DNA of 43,468 bases, taken from positions 1 through 43,468 of IMG/VR virus record IMGVR_UViG_3300032295_003051; one strand, written 5' to 3'. The translations under genes were made by a program, and so were the position numbers. The notes below the pieces were generated by a model. It was given only the letters and a program-made list of their open reading frames with translations. It was not told the DNA's origin and ran no database searches. Below, in pieces: positions 8,975-18,946 of the stretch. The stretch's first letter is position 1. Each line of letters begins with the position of its first letter. The DNA is from a virus. Its lineage: Duplodnaviria > Caudoviricetes.

Positions 8975-9815
8975 TAGAGTATACTGGGAGTATGATAACG
9001 GAGATTGGTGGAGACCTGATCCAGTTAAAGATGCTTTTGTTAATGTTCCAAGATATAGAAGGCATGGACCTTCTATAAAGCATGATCTTTTTATCTTAGC
9101 TGAACAATTCGCTAGGCTATATAGTGATTATAAATTCTATATAGCACTTAGCGGAGGGATAGATTCTGAGATTACCGCGGAGACCTTCTATCAGCTAGGA
9201 ATTCCTTTTGAAGGTATTACTCTCAGACTTTTTGAAGGTAAAAACGACTTTGACTTACTATATGTAGAAGAGTTTTGTAAAACAAGAAATATTACTTCAA
9301 ATATTGTAAATCTAAGTTTAAAAACCTTTGAAAACGAAACTATACCAAAAGCTACAAAGTATGGACAGTTCACTCATTCTCTAAGTCAAATAGCTTTAAG
9401 TCATTTGTATGATCATATGACTGATAAAGATATATTAATATACTCAGGGCATAATCCTGATATATGTAAGTTTGGTGTAGGATGGTGGGAAGACTCTCCT
9501 AATATGGTAAAGTATGCAATAAATACGAATAAAAACTTCTTTACTTTTACTAGTTTAGAACCGATATTTATGCACTATCTTAAAAACTATGATCCTAATC
9601 AACCTGGTGATAAGGATAATACTTTTATATATAACTGCTATACTAATCTAAAACGTAGAACAAAAAGAACTGGATGGGAAACAATAGGATATTTAGTAAG
9701 TGATTATGATCACTTACTAGTTAGACCTCAAAAAGTAGATAATGTAAGAGAAATTAGAGACAAAAGAGTTCGGTATGGACCGAAAGATTGGCCGGTATTT
9801 TTAACATGGAAATAA
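8961..9815 (+). CDS. Adenine-nucleotide alpha-hydrolase-like (PP-loop) protein of unknown function
   Basis: IALSGGIDSE PP-loop motif followed by beta-alpha units. Confidence 0.65.
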   Translation: MLELNRVYWEYDNGDWWRPDPVKDAFVNVPRYRRHGPSIKHDLFILAEQFARLYSDYKFYIALSGGIDSEITAETFYQLGIPFEGITLRLFEGKNDFDLLYVEEFCKTRNITSNIVNLSLKTFENETIPKATKYGQFTHSLSQIALSHLYDHMTDKDILIYSGHNPDICKFGVGWWEDSPNMVKYAINTNKNFFTFTSLEPIFMHYLKNYDPNQPGDKDNTFIYNCYTNLKRRTKRTGWETIGYLVSDYDHLLVRPQKVDNVREIRDKRVRYGPKDWPVFLTWK

Positions 9816-11632
9816 CTTTAAAAAAACTCACATTTAATAATATGTTCAGTTATGGAAATAATAATGAGCTAGACATAAATAAAAATAAGATTACACAACT
9901 AACTGCTCCTAATGGTAGCGGTAAGTCAACAATAGCACTAATTATCCAAGAGCTTTTATTTTCAAAAAATATTAAGAATATCAAAAAAGGTGATATTGTT
10001 AATAGATACTCTAGCAGTAAAGACTGGGGAGGCTCTTTAGAGTTTCAAGTAAATGATAAAAGCTACAGTGTACAAGTAAAAAGAATTGGAGCTTCTAGTA
10101 AAGTAACATTACTAGAAAATGGTGTTGATATATCTGATCACAAAGTTCCAGACACTTATAAAAAGCTATCTAACATCTTAGGTATGGATTTTGAAGTATT
10201 TTCACAATTAACATATCAAAGCTCTACAGACTTACTAGATTTTATTAAAGCTACAGATACTAACAGAAAAAAGTTTCTAATCAATCTTTTTGGTTTAGAA
10301 AAGTATATTGCCATTGGAGATGTTCTTAAGATCAAACTATCTTCCCTAGAAAAAGAACTAGCTTCAAAGAATGGTGAGATTAAGAGTGTTAATTCATTTC
10401 TAGAAGAAAACCAAATAAAAGAAACTAAATCTTTAATTGAAGTACCAAACGTTGATGAATCTCTAAGACAAAAAATAGCTAGACTAAAGAATGAATTAGA
10501 AGATTATCAATCACAATGTAAAAAAATTGATAAGAATAATATGCTTGTCGAAGAGAGAGATAAGTTATTATTTGATATAGAACTAGCTGAACCGGCTTTA
10601 TCTTTAAGCTTTAAAGAAGACTTTGAACAAGCCAAGACTACTATTAGTACTTTAAATACAAAAATAGCAGATAATCAAAAAAAGATTAAAGGCTTAGACA
10701 CATCAGATAATTGTTATGCTTGTGGTCAACACATTGATAACTCTAGAACTAAGTTGATTAAAAATAGCTTAGAAACAGATATTATATCCTATCAAGAAGA
10801 ATTGGTAGAAGTAAAAATAACTTACGATAGCCTAAGTAAAGAGTATAGCAACTACGAAAAAGCTTTAACTAAATATGTTAATAATCAAAAAGCTATAGAA
10901 CGATTTGAACAATTAGCTCAATTAATAGACGATTCTATACCTAGAAAGTATCCTGACTATACAGAGATAGAAGAATCCTTAAGAAATTTTTCTAAGAATT
11001 TACGAGAGCAAGAAAAAGCTAAATCTGATGCACAAGATTATAATGAGCAAGTTAAGATCCATAATACAAAAGTAGAAGCCCTACAAGAACAAAAACGACA
11101 ATTTTTAGTTAGACAACACCTATTGAATGATGATATAATTTCTTTATCGTCAAAAATTAAAAATATCACAATTTTAAGAAAGGCGTTTAGTACTACAGGT
11201 ATTGTAGCGTTTAAATTAGAAAATCTAACAAAAGAGTTAGAAGACACAATTAATAAATATCTATCAGAACTATCTGATGGTAAATTTCAAGTAATATTTC
11301 GATTAGATGGTGAAAAACTAAATATAGTTGTAGTAAATGACGGTAAAGAAACTCCTGTAGAAACAGTATCTGGAGGAGAGTTTAGTAGAATACAAACAGC
11401 CATCCTTCTTTCTATAAGAAGCCTGTTATCTAAAATAGGCGGTAACTATATTAATCTGTTATTCTTAGATGAAATCACTGGCGTTCTAGACGATGCCGGT
11501 AAAGAAAAACTTATTGATATTTTACAGGAAGAAGATAATTTAAACGTATTCCTAATATCACACGATTTTACACACCCATTAATTGAAAAAATTTCAATAA
11601 TTAAAGAAAATAACATAAGTTATATTGAATAG
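9806..11632 (+). CDS. Rad50/SbcC-like ATPase (T5 D13-like)
   Basis: Walker A APNGSGKST, coiled coils with zinc hook CYAC, signature VSGGE, Walker B LFLDE, ISH. ATG at 9806 preferred over TTG at 9788. Confidence 0.94.
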   Translation: MEITLKKLTFNNMFSYGNNNELDINKNKITQLTAPNGSGKSTIALIIQELLFSKNIKNIKKGDIVNRYSSSKDWGGSLEFQVNDKSYSVQVKRIGASSKVTLLENGVDISDHKVPDTYKKLSNILGMDFEVFSQLTYQSSTDLLDFIKATDTNRKKFLINLFGLEKYIAIGDVLKIKLSSLEKELASKNGEIKSVNSFLEENQIKETKSLIEVPNVDESLRQKIARLKNELEDYQSQCKKIDKNNMLVEERDKLLFDIELAEPALSLSFKEDFEQAKTTISTLNTKIADNQKKIKGLDTSDNCYACGQHIDNSRTKLIKNSLETDIISYQEELVEVKITYDSLSKEYSNYEKALTKYVNNQKAIERFEQLAQLIDDSIPRKYPDYTEIEESLRNFSKNLREQEKAKSDAQDYNEQVKIHNTKVEALQEQKRQFLVRQHLLNDDIISLSSKIKNITILRKAFSTTGIVAFKLENLTKELEDTINKYLSELSDGKFQVIFRLDGEKLNIVVVNDGKETPVETVSGGEFSRIQTAILLSIRSLLSKIGGNYINLLFLDEITGVLDDAGKEKLIDILQEEDNLNVFLISHDFTHPLIEKISIIKENNISYIE

Positions 11633-11643
11633 GAGATATAGTA

Positions 11644-13932
11644 GTGGCAACAATTGAAGTTACAAAAAGAGATGGCTCTAAGGAGCCTCTTAATCTAGAA
11701 AAGCTGCATAAAATGACATTTGAAGCTTGTGAAGATTTGAGTGGTGTATCTGCTTCTCAAATAGAAATGAACTCAGGTATTCAAATATTTGATGGAATAT
11801 CTACAAAAGATATTCAAAGTATCTTAATTAGAAGTGCAGCAGATCTCATATCTCTTGAGACACCTAACTATCAATATGCTGCCGCTAGACTTCTTTTATT
11901 CTCTCTTAGAAAAGAGGTAATGGGACAATTTGACTATATATCTCTAGGTGAGCTAATCTCTAGAAATATAAAGAATGGTGTATATGATGAAGCTATTCTT
12001 AAGTGGTATTCAGCTAAAGAGCTAGAAAAGCTAGACTCTCATATTAAGCACACAAGAGATTTTGATTTTACCTATGCTGGCTTAAGACAGGTAGTAGATA
12101 AGTATTTAGTGCAAGATCGTTCTAATGGGCAGATATACGAAACTCCTCAGTTTATGTATATGATGATAGCTGCAACAATGTTTTATACTTATCCTAAAGA
12201 TGTAAGGTTATCATATGTTAAACGCTATTACGATGCTATTTCAACTTTTAAAATTAATATTCCTACTCCCGTTATGGCTGGTGTTCGTACTCCTATTCGT
12301 CAGTTTGCTAGCTGCGTTCTTGTTGATAGCGATGATACTCTTAACAGTATTTTTAGTTCTGATATGGCTATCGGATACTATACATCACAAAGGGCAGGTA
12401 TTGGTATCAACGCAGGCAGAATTAGAGCAATCAACTCAAGGATTAGAGGTGGAGAAGTTCAACACACAGGAGTCATCCCGTTTCTTAAGAAGTTTGAATC
12501 AACTGTACGATGCTGCACGCAAAACGGTGTCAGAGGTGGTTCAGCTACTGTACATTTTCCTATCTGGCATAAAGAGATAGAAGATATTCTTGTTCTTAAA
12601 AATAATAAAGGAACAGAGGATAACCGTGTTCGTAAGCTAGATTACAGTATTCAAATCTCTAAGCTATTTTATGAGAGATTTATTGAAGATAAAAATATTT
12701 CTTTATTTAGTCCAAACGATGTTCCAGGTTTATATGAAGCTTTTGGAACTCCTAAGTTTGATGAGCTTTATAAGAAATATGAACGCGCTCATTCTATACC
12801 TAAGAAAAAGGTCAGAGCACAAGAGATTTTTATGGCTCTTCTGAAAGAACGTGCAGAAACAGGTCGTATTTATATAATGAATATTGATCACTGTAACGAT
12901 CACTCATCTTTCCTAGATAAAGTATATATGAGTAATCTTTGCCAAGAAATCACTCTTCCAACAAAGCCTATTCAACATATTGATGATGAGAAGGGCGAAA
13001 TAGCACTCTGTATTCTTAGTGCCATCAATCTAGGAAAAATTAAAGATTTAGATGATTTAGAAGAGCTTTCTGATATTGCAGTACGCGCTCTTGATGAGCT
13101 TATTGATTTTCAGGGATATCCAGTACGTGCTGCTGAAAAATCTACAAAAGCACGTCGTTCTTTAGGTATTGGTTATATTGGTGTAGCTCATTATCTAGCT
13201 AAGAATAAAGTAAAGTACGATGACCCTCGTGCATGGCAACTTATGCATGACACCACAGAAGCTCTTCAATATTATTTGATTAAAGCGTCTGTAAATCTAG
13301 CTAAGGAAAAAGGTGCTTGCGAATATTTTAATCGCACTAAGTATTCTCAAGGAGTATTACCTGTTGATACGTATAAGAAAGAGGTAGATGCTATCTTATC
13401 TGATTCTTCTTTAAAATACGATTGGGAAACTCTAAGAGGGGAGATTAAGGCTCATGGAATGAGACATTCTACTCTTACAGCTCAGATGCCATCTGAGTCT
13501 AGTTCTGTAGTATCAAATGCTACTAACGGTATTGAACCTCCTAGAGGCTTTCTGTCTATTAAAAAATCAAAAAAAGGCCCGTTAAAACAAATTGTTCCGG
13601 GCTTCTATCATTTTAGAAATTATTATACTCTTCTATGGGATATGAAATCTAATGAAGGATATATTAATATAGTAGCCGTTATGCAAAAGTTTTTTGACCA
13701 GGCTATTTCAGGAAACTGGAGTTATAACCCAGAGAACTATAGCAATAACGAAGTACCATTATCTGTTATGGCTAAAGATTTATTAACTACTTATAAGCTA
13801 GGATGGAAAACATCTTATTATCAGAATACTTATGATGCTAAGAAAGACGATGATGAAATTGTAATTTCTGAGCTTCAAAAGATAGAAGATGGTGGAGACC
13901 CAGACGAAGCTTGCGAAAGTTGTACAATTTAA
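11644..13932 (+). CDS. nrdA: Ribonucleotide reductase class Ia alpha subunit
   Basis: ATP cone VTKRDG, QFASCVL, SNLCQEI, ALCILSA, PSESSS, C-terminal CESC. GTG start with AGGAG RBS. Confidence 0.98.
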   Translation: MATIEVTKRDGSKEPLNLEKLHKMTFEACEDLSGVSASQIEMNSGIQIFDGISTKDIQSILIRSAADLISLETPNYQYAAARLLLFSLRKEVMGQFDYISLGELISRNIKNGVYDEAILKWYSAKELEKLDSHIKHTRDFDFTYAGLRQVVDKYLVQDRSNGQIYETPQFMYMMIAATMFYTYPKDVRLSYVKRYYDAISTFKINIPTPVMAGVRTPIRQFASCVLVDSDDTLNSIFSSDMAIGYYTSQRAGIGINAGRIRAINSRIRGGEVQHTGVIPFLKKFESTVRCCTQNGVRGGSATVHFPIWHKEIEDILVLKNNKGTEDNRVRKLDYSIQISKLFYERFIEDKNISLFSPNDVPGLYEAFGTPKFDELYKKYERAHSIPKKKVRAQEIFMALLKERAETGRIYIMNIDHCNDHSSFLDKVYMSNLCQEITLPTKPIQHIDDEKGEIALCILSAINLGKIKDLDDLEELSDIAVRALDELIDFQGYPVRAAEKSTKARRSLGIGYIGVAHYLAKNKVKYDDPRAWQLMHDTTEALQYYLIKASVNLAKEKGACEYFNRTKYSQGVLPVDTYKKEVDAILSDSSLKYDWETLRGEIKAHGMRHSTLTAQMPSESSSVVSNATNGIEPPRGFLSIKKSKKGPLKQIVPGFYHFRNYYTLLWDMKSNEGYINIVAVMQKFFDQAISGNWSYNPENYSNNEVPLSVMAKDLLTTYKLGWKTSYYQNTYDAKKDDDEIVISELQKIEDGGDPDEACESCTI

Positions 13933-14573
13933 TGTCTTATTTAAATATAAATATACCTCCTATAGAATGTTTAGTACGAGGTGAGTTTTTAAGAAACCAC
14001 CAAGATAGCTTTGATAAAACTTTCCCTTGTACTATATTTGGTATGGTTTCAATCCCACATTTAACCCCTATGTTCCATTTTATGATGGAAGATGGGGGTA
14101 TATGGTGGAGAATGCCTATCCATGCTTTTTGTACTAAGCCTGATTCTCCAAAGCAAGAATTAGACGAGCTTGTACTATGGGATAGTTTTTCTTACTATGT
14201 GTCTGCTACTAAATTTGATATACTTGTAAATAAGAGTATGGAATTTACAAGCAGAAGAAAGAATAAATATAAAGGTAAGTATTTATTTACTCTAGACTGG
14301 GCTAATGAAGATATTAACACTTTACCCGTTGGTTATTCAGAAAATCCCGGACAACACAAGTGTGGTCACGTAATAGAGTTAGAAAATGGTAACTTTGCTA
14401 TTCAACCAAATAATAGACTAAGAGTATTCGATCCAAGCACTACTACTAAATATGGTGATATTGTAATAGAAAGAATATTAAATAACAAGCACTGGAGTGC
14501 AGAGACTAGTCCTAAATGGTTGCTAAGCGATGATGATAAGTATGATTATGATATAAGAGAGACAGATGAATAA
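13932..14573 (+). CDS. Phage hypothetical protein
   Basis: ATG overlaps the nrdA stop (TAATG); MSYLNINIPP, HKCGHV, QPNNR motifs resemble a family I recall from aquatic phages. Confidence 0.75.
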   Translation: MSYLNINIPPIECLVRGEFLRNHQDSFDKTFPCTIFGMVSIPHLTPMFHFMMEDGGIWWRMPIHAFCTKPDSPKQELDELVLWDSFSYYVSATKFDILVNKSMEFTSRRKNKYKGKYLFTLDWANEDINTLPVGYSENPGQHKCGHVIELENGNFAIQPNNRLRVFDPSTTTKYGDIVIERILNNKHWSAETSPKWLLSDDDKYDYDIRETDE

Positions 14574-15138
14574 AAAAATTATTTTTTTTAATGGACCACC
14601 AAGATCAGGTAAAGATACGATAGTAAACGAACTTTTAAAAAGATATAGTAGTTGTGAAAACATAAAGTTTTCTAACCCATTAAAAACTGCCTTACCTGTA
14701 TTTTTTGGTTTATCTCAACAACAAATCAATCTTCTAGAAATTGAAAAAGAAATACCTAAAGATTATTTATTAGGAAAATCTTGGAGAGAAGCTCAAATAT
14801 CCTTATCGGAAGAATGGGCTAAACCAGTGTTCGGATCTAGAGTATTTGGTGATATAACATTAAATATAATAAAAAATTCAACTAATCAATTATTTCTCGT
14901 AAGCGATAGTGGTTTTCAAGAAGAGGCAGGATCACTTATTGATTTTTTTGGTAATGATAATTGTTTGCTAATTAGGATTGCAAGAGACGGTACTAATTTT
15001 GATAACGATTCTAGGTCTTACTGGAAAAATATATATGATATTGACGATGTAACTTTACATAATAATAAAACTATACAGGCTGCCGTAGATAAAACAAATG
15101 AAATTATTAATTATTGGATTGCAAGGAAGTACAAATAA
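14566..15138 (+). CDS. Deoxynucleoside monophosphate kinase
   Basis: P-loop FNGPPRSGKDT, FSNPLK, REAQISLSE, VSDSGFQEE. Confidence 0.82.
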   Translation: MNKKIIFFNGPPRSGKDTIVNELLKRYSSCENIKFSNPLKTALPVFFGLSQQQINLLEIEKEIPKDYLLGKSWREAQISLSEEWAKPVFGSRVFGDITLNIIKNSTNQLFLVSDSGFQEEAGSLIDFFGNDNCLLIRIARDGTNFDNDSRSYWKNIYDIDDVTLHNNKTIQAAVDKTNEIINYWIARKYK

Positions 15139-16235
15139 TGACTGTATTTAATAGAAACAAAGTAGATTTCACTAAAGGATCAATGTTCTTTGGAGAAGAG
15201 CTAAACTCTCAAAGATATGATAATTTTAAATATCCTATTTTTGATAAACTTACTCAAAGTCAGTTAGGGTACTTCTGGAGACCAGAAGAGGTGTCATTAC
15301 AAAAAGATCGTAATGATTATAATGAGCTGCGTGAAGAACAAAAGTTTATTTTTACCTCTAACTTAAAATATCAAACTCTTTTAGATTCTGTACAAGGTAG
15401 AGGTCCAGCAATTGCTTTTGTACCTTTTTGTACTTTACCTGAGCTAGAGTCTTGTATGATTACGTGGGATTTTTTCGAGACAATCCATTCTAGATCATAT
15501 ACTTATATGATTAAAAATCTATATTCAAACCCTTCTGAAATATTCGATACTATCTTAGACGATCCAATGATTTTAGAGAGGGCTGAAAGCGTAACTAAAA
15601 CTTATGATGATTTTATTGAATATGGTAATAGATATAAATTAGGACTAGAAACAGATAAGAGAGAGCTTAAAAAGAGATTGTGGCTAGCGCTAGTTAATGT
15701 AAATATTTTAGAAGGTATTAGATTCTATGTAAGCTTTGCTTGTACCTTTGCTTTTGGTGAATTAAAACTAATGGAAGGTTCAGCCAAAATTATATCTCTT
15801 ATTGCAAGAGACGAATCTCAACACCTAGCTATTACTCAACATATAATTAAAAATTATAGAGCTGCTGAACGTGATGAAGAGATGAGAGAGATAATTAAAG
15901 AGTGTGAGCCTTTAGTTTATCAAATGTATAAGGATGCAGTAGAACAAGAGAAAAGATGGGCTAGTTATCTATTTGAAAAGGGGTCTATGGTAGGATTAAA
16001 CGCAAAACTACTAGGAGATTATGTAGAGTGGATAGCTAATAAAAGAATGAAAGCAATAGGTCTAGAACCTGTGTTTAATCAAAAGCTAAACTCAAATCCT
16101 CTGCCTTGGACTCAACACTGGCTAAACTCACGAGAGCTTCAAAACGCACCTCAAGAAACAGAGATAGAATCTTATGTGGTGGGTGGTATTAAGCAGGATA
16201 TCGGTAAAAATACTTTTGAAGGTTTTAAGCTGTAA
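15138..16235 (+). CDS. nrdB: Ribonucleotide reductase class Ia beta subunit
   Basis: FWRPEE, LLDSVQGR, ETIHSRSY (radical Tyr), LEGIRFY, RDESQH, APQETE. ATG overlaps the previous stop. Confidence 0.98.
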   Translation: MTVFNRNKVDFTKGSMFFGEELNSQRYDNFKYPIFDKLTQSQLGYFWRPEEVSLQKDRNDYNELREEQKFIFTSNLKYQTLLDSVQGRGPAIAFVPFCTLPELESCMITWDFFETIHSRSYTYMIKNLYSNPSEIFDTILDDPMILERAESVTKTYDDFIEYGNRYKLGLETDKRELKKRLWLALVNVNILEGIRFYVSFACTFAFGELKLMEGSAKIISLIARDESQHLAITQHIIKNYRAAERDEEMREIIKECEPLVYQMYKDAVEQEKRWASYLFEKGSMVGLNAKLLGDYVEWIANKRMKAIGLEPVFNQKLNSNPLPWTQHWLNSRELQNAPQETEIESYVVGGIKQDIGKNTFEGFKL

Positions 16236-16249
16236 AGAGAGATAAGTAT

Positions 16250-16495
16250 ATGACTAATATAGTATGGTCAAAAGATAATTGTAATTATTGTGTTAAAGCA
16301 AAAAATATATTGAATAGCAAAAATATTTCTTTTGAAGAAAGAAATATCTCTAATGAATGGACTAAGGAACAACTTTTAGAAGCAGTACCCAATGCTAAAA
16401 CTGTTCCTCAAATATTTCTATGGGGTAAATATATTGGAGGATATGATTCTTTAATGGAATATCTTGAGAATCACAATATGTATAACAATGGTTAA
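16250..16495 (+). CDS. Glutaredoxin
   Basis: CNYC, TVPQIF, IGGY. Confidence 0.95.
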   Translation: MTNIVWSKDNCNYCVKAKNILNSKNISFEERNISNEWTKEQLLEAVPNAKTVPQIFLWGKYIGGYDSLMEYLENHNMYNNG

Positions 16496-16934
16496 TAAAA
16501 GTAAGATTAAAGGATCTTCTTATGAAGCAAAAATAAGAGATTTATTAACAAAAGAGTTAGAGATAGAGTTTAAAAGAATGCCTTTAAGTGGTTCTTTAGA
16601 TTACTTAAAAGGTGATTTATGGACTCCCCATGATACAGCAGCATGGCCTTATTGTATTGAATGTAAACATTACGAAGAAGTTAATTGGAATGGTTTGCTA
16701 ACCGCAAAATCCTCTGATTTACTAAACTTCTGGAGGCAGGCAATAAGAGAAGCCGAGGTAATGAAAAAGAAACCATTACTAATATATAGATGGAATAGAT
16801 CTAAAGATTATGTTTGCTGGAGCGATGATATAGAACTAAAATTACAAATAAATTATAAAGGATTTGATTGTAATTTTAAAATGGGGCTACTGCAAGATTG
16901 GTTAGATGAGTACAAAAAGAAAAATAAGGTATAA
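16488..16934 (+). CDS. PD-(D/E)xK Holliday-junction resolvase-like protein (T5 D14-like)
   Basis: SKIKGSSYE, RMPLSG, KGD, IECK. ATG at 16488. Confidence 0.85.
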   Translation: MVNKSKIKGSSYEAKIRDLLTKELEIEFKRMPLSGSLDYLKGDLWTPHDTAAWPYCIECKHYEEVNWNGLLTAKSSDLLNFWRQAIREAEVMKKKPLLIYRWNRSKDYVCWSDDIELKLQINYKGFDCNFKMGLLQDWLDEYKKKNKV

Positions 16935-17036
16935 AAAAAGTATTGCTATTATGAGTTTCATAGTTAATAGTACTATAATTTTAAGTATTTTATTTATACT
17001 TATAAAGGTAGCGTAATTAATAATTTCACATATTAC

Positions 17037-17065
17037 TTGCCATAAAGATAATTATGATATATAAT
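17037..17065 (+). promoter_or_regulatory. Sigma70-type promoter
   Basis: TTGCCA-N17-TATAAT upstream of the flap endonuclease. Confidence 0.8.
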
Positions 17066-17098
17066 ACATTATAACTCATACATAGAAAGAACATAAAA

Positions 17099-17950
17099 AT
17101 GAATACTAAAAATTGGGATGACTTGGTTGATGTAGAAAACCAGAAAACTCAACCAAAATCTCTTTTATTGATTGACGGTAACAACTTAGCTTATAGGTGG
17201 TTACAGAGAAAAAATTATAATAACTTCCAAGATGATTATCTAAGAACAATCGAAAGCCTTGCTAAAAGTTATAACGCAGAAAGGACGATTGTATGCTTTG
17301 ATTTTGGTAAAAGCTACTATCGAATGGAGCTTCTTGAAACCTACAAAGGAAATAGACTAAAGCCCCAAGAAGAAGAAGAGCAAAAACACTACGAAGAGTT
17401 CTTCTCTTGCCTTAATGCAATCCCTGAAATTTTACCTTATCAGACTCTAAAGTTTAGAGGGCTAGAGGCCGACGATATCATTACGTTTTTGGTAAAAAAC
17501 ATAAGTCCTGATTATCAACATACTTGGATTGTAACAAGTGATAGAGACATGTATCAACTATTATCAGATAATGTAAGTATTTTTAATATCTTTTCAAGAA
17601 AAGAAATTGATATTGCTGCATTTTTTGAGACATATTCTCTCACTCCAGAAGAATATCTATTCTCTAGGATTCTTGAAGGAGATAAAAGCGATAACATTAT
17701 TGGTGTTGAGGGTGTAGGACCGAAACGTGCTCAACAACTAGCTAAAGAATATAAAACTCTTGACAGCTTATTAAAAGCTTTACCTTTAAAAGGTAAGTCA
17801 AAATATATCTCTAATTTAAACTCAAGTAAAGAGAAGTTACTAATTAATGAACAGCTTATCTCCTTAAAGAAGTATAATCAAAAAGTTATTGATTGTTCTA
17901 AGGATGGTAAAGAAGTTTGGAATATACTATGCGAGATAGTAAGCCACTAA
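17099..17950 (+). CDS. 5'-3' exonuclease / flap endonuclease (T5 D15-like)
   Basis: LIDGNNLAYR, YKGNR, GLEADD, SDRD, GDKSDNIIGVEGVGPKRA. Confidence 0.96.
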   Translation: MNTKNWDDLVDVENQKTQPKSLLLIDGNNLAYRWLQRKNYNNFQDDYLRTIESLAKSYNAERTIVCFDFGKSYYRMELLETYKGNRLKPQEEEEQKHYEEFFSCLNAIPEILPYQTLKFRGLEADDIITFLVKNISPDYQHTWIVTSDRDMYQLLSDNVSIFNIFSRKEIDIAAFFETYSLTPEEYLFSRILEGDKSDNIIGVEGVGPKRAQQLAKEYKTLDSLLKALPLKGKSKYISNLNSSKEKLLINEQLISLKKYNQKVIDCSKDGKEVWNILCEIVSH

Positions 17951-18747
17951 AAGTATTATATAAGCTAACAGAGGAAGCTATAGCTTTATCTAATAAACTA
18001 AATTTGCCTTTTGGTCTTCAATCAAAAGACTTATTTGATTCTAATTTTTATATTAGAGCAATAACAAACGATAAACTATCTATAAACCCAAAAGAAATTT
18101 GTCCTATAAATACTGGGTTGCACATATTAATAACTGACCCTCATTATGAAGTAGTGGTTAATTCTTATATAGATTTGCTTAAAAACAAGGGGATAGCAAT
18201 ATTCCCTTGTAGCTATTATAAGTATGGCAATGAGTTAATTGTGCTACTATACAACTACTCAGATAAGATACAAACTATAAATCCAGGAGATAAAATAGGA
18301 TTACTATCTTTTAAAGAAGTTATAATGGTAGATGCAGAAAATATTGATGAGGTATATAAAAGCGATAATAATTATATATTAGAAAGCTTACTTAAAAAAA
18401 GTGATTATCTTTTTAACTCTAAAGATCATACTTGGGTTCAAAAAGAAAAAGTAAACTTAAATAAAGTAACTCTGCCAATAAAACTAGCAGCTGAGATAAA
18501 TAGTAAACGAGTTATTAGAGAGGGTTGTTATCTATGTGAAGATGAAAATGATAACAATAAAACTAATATATATGTTAAAAAAGGTGATGTAGTTACTGTT
18601 AAAAAAATAAAAAATGAAAACTGGAGAAAAGTTATAACAATAAATAATGAGTCTGGGTGGCTTAGACATAACAAGTTAGAGTCTATGGAATTTAGTATAA
18701 CTCAAGGAGAAAGTATAGATTCCTTGATAGAAAAAAGATTAAAATAA
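17929..18747 (+). CDS. Degenerate dUTPase-like domain with a C-terminal SH3-like domain
   Basis: T5 dut position; INPKEICPINTGLHI and IQTINPGDKIGLL scaffold but catalytic motifs absent; C-terminal VKKGDVVTV..WRKV..ESGWL. Confidence 0.6.
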   Translation: MRDSKPLKVLYKLTEEAIALSNKLNLPFGLQSKDLFDSNFYIRAITNDKLSINPKEICPINTGLHILITDPHYEVVVNSYIDLLKNKGIAIFPCSYYKYGNELIVLLYNYSDKIQTINPGDKIGLLSFKEVIMVDAENIDEVYKSDNNYILESLLKKSDYLFNSKDHTWVQKEKVNLNKVTLPIKLAAEINSKRVIREGCYLCEDENDNNKTNIYVKKGDVVTVKKIKNENWRKVITINNESGWLRHNKLESMEFSITQGESIDSLIEKRLK

Positions 18748-18748
18748 T

Positions 18749-18946
18749 ATGCTTTATAAATCATTAATTCTTACACTAATAACATTAATACTTATAGTAA
18801 TTGGTTATCTAGATTATTCATACTACACATCTTTTTATCATTTTTTATTATCAGTAGGGATAGCTGTAATATCTTTTATAGGATATATAATCAATAATAA
18901 AGTAAGTAATATGTTAAAGATATATATAAGGTGGTTAGGTATATGA
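18749..18946 (+). CDS. Small membrane protein
   Basis: 65 aa with two hydrophobic segments; coupled to both neighbours. Confidence 0.6.
   Translation: MLYKSLILTLITLILIVIGYLDYSYYTSFYHFLLSVGIAVISFIGYIINNKVSNMLKIYIRWLGI

Noticed and set aside
8961-9815. QueC / 7-deazaguanine DNA modification pathway
   Set aside because: Only the generic PP-loop matches; no QueC Zn motif and no folE, queD or dpdA seen, and the radical SAMs carry auxiliary Cys domains unlike QueE.
454-12580. Short alternative-frame and antisense ORFs (454, 1961, 2052, 6264, 8195, 8277, 9191, 11038, 12215)
   Set aside because: Almost wholly nested in well-supported genes, with no motifs or RBS noticed; shadow ORFs.
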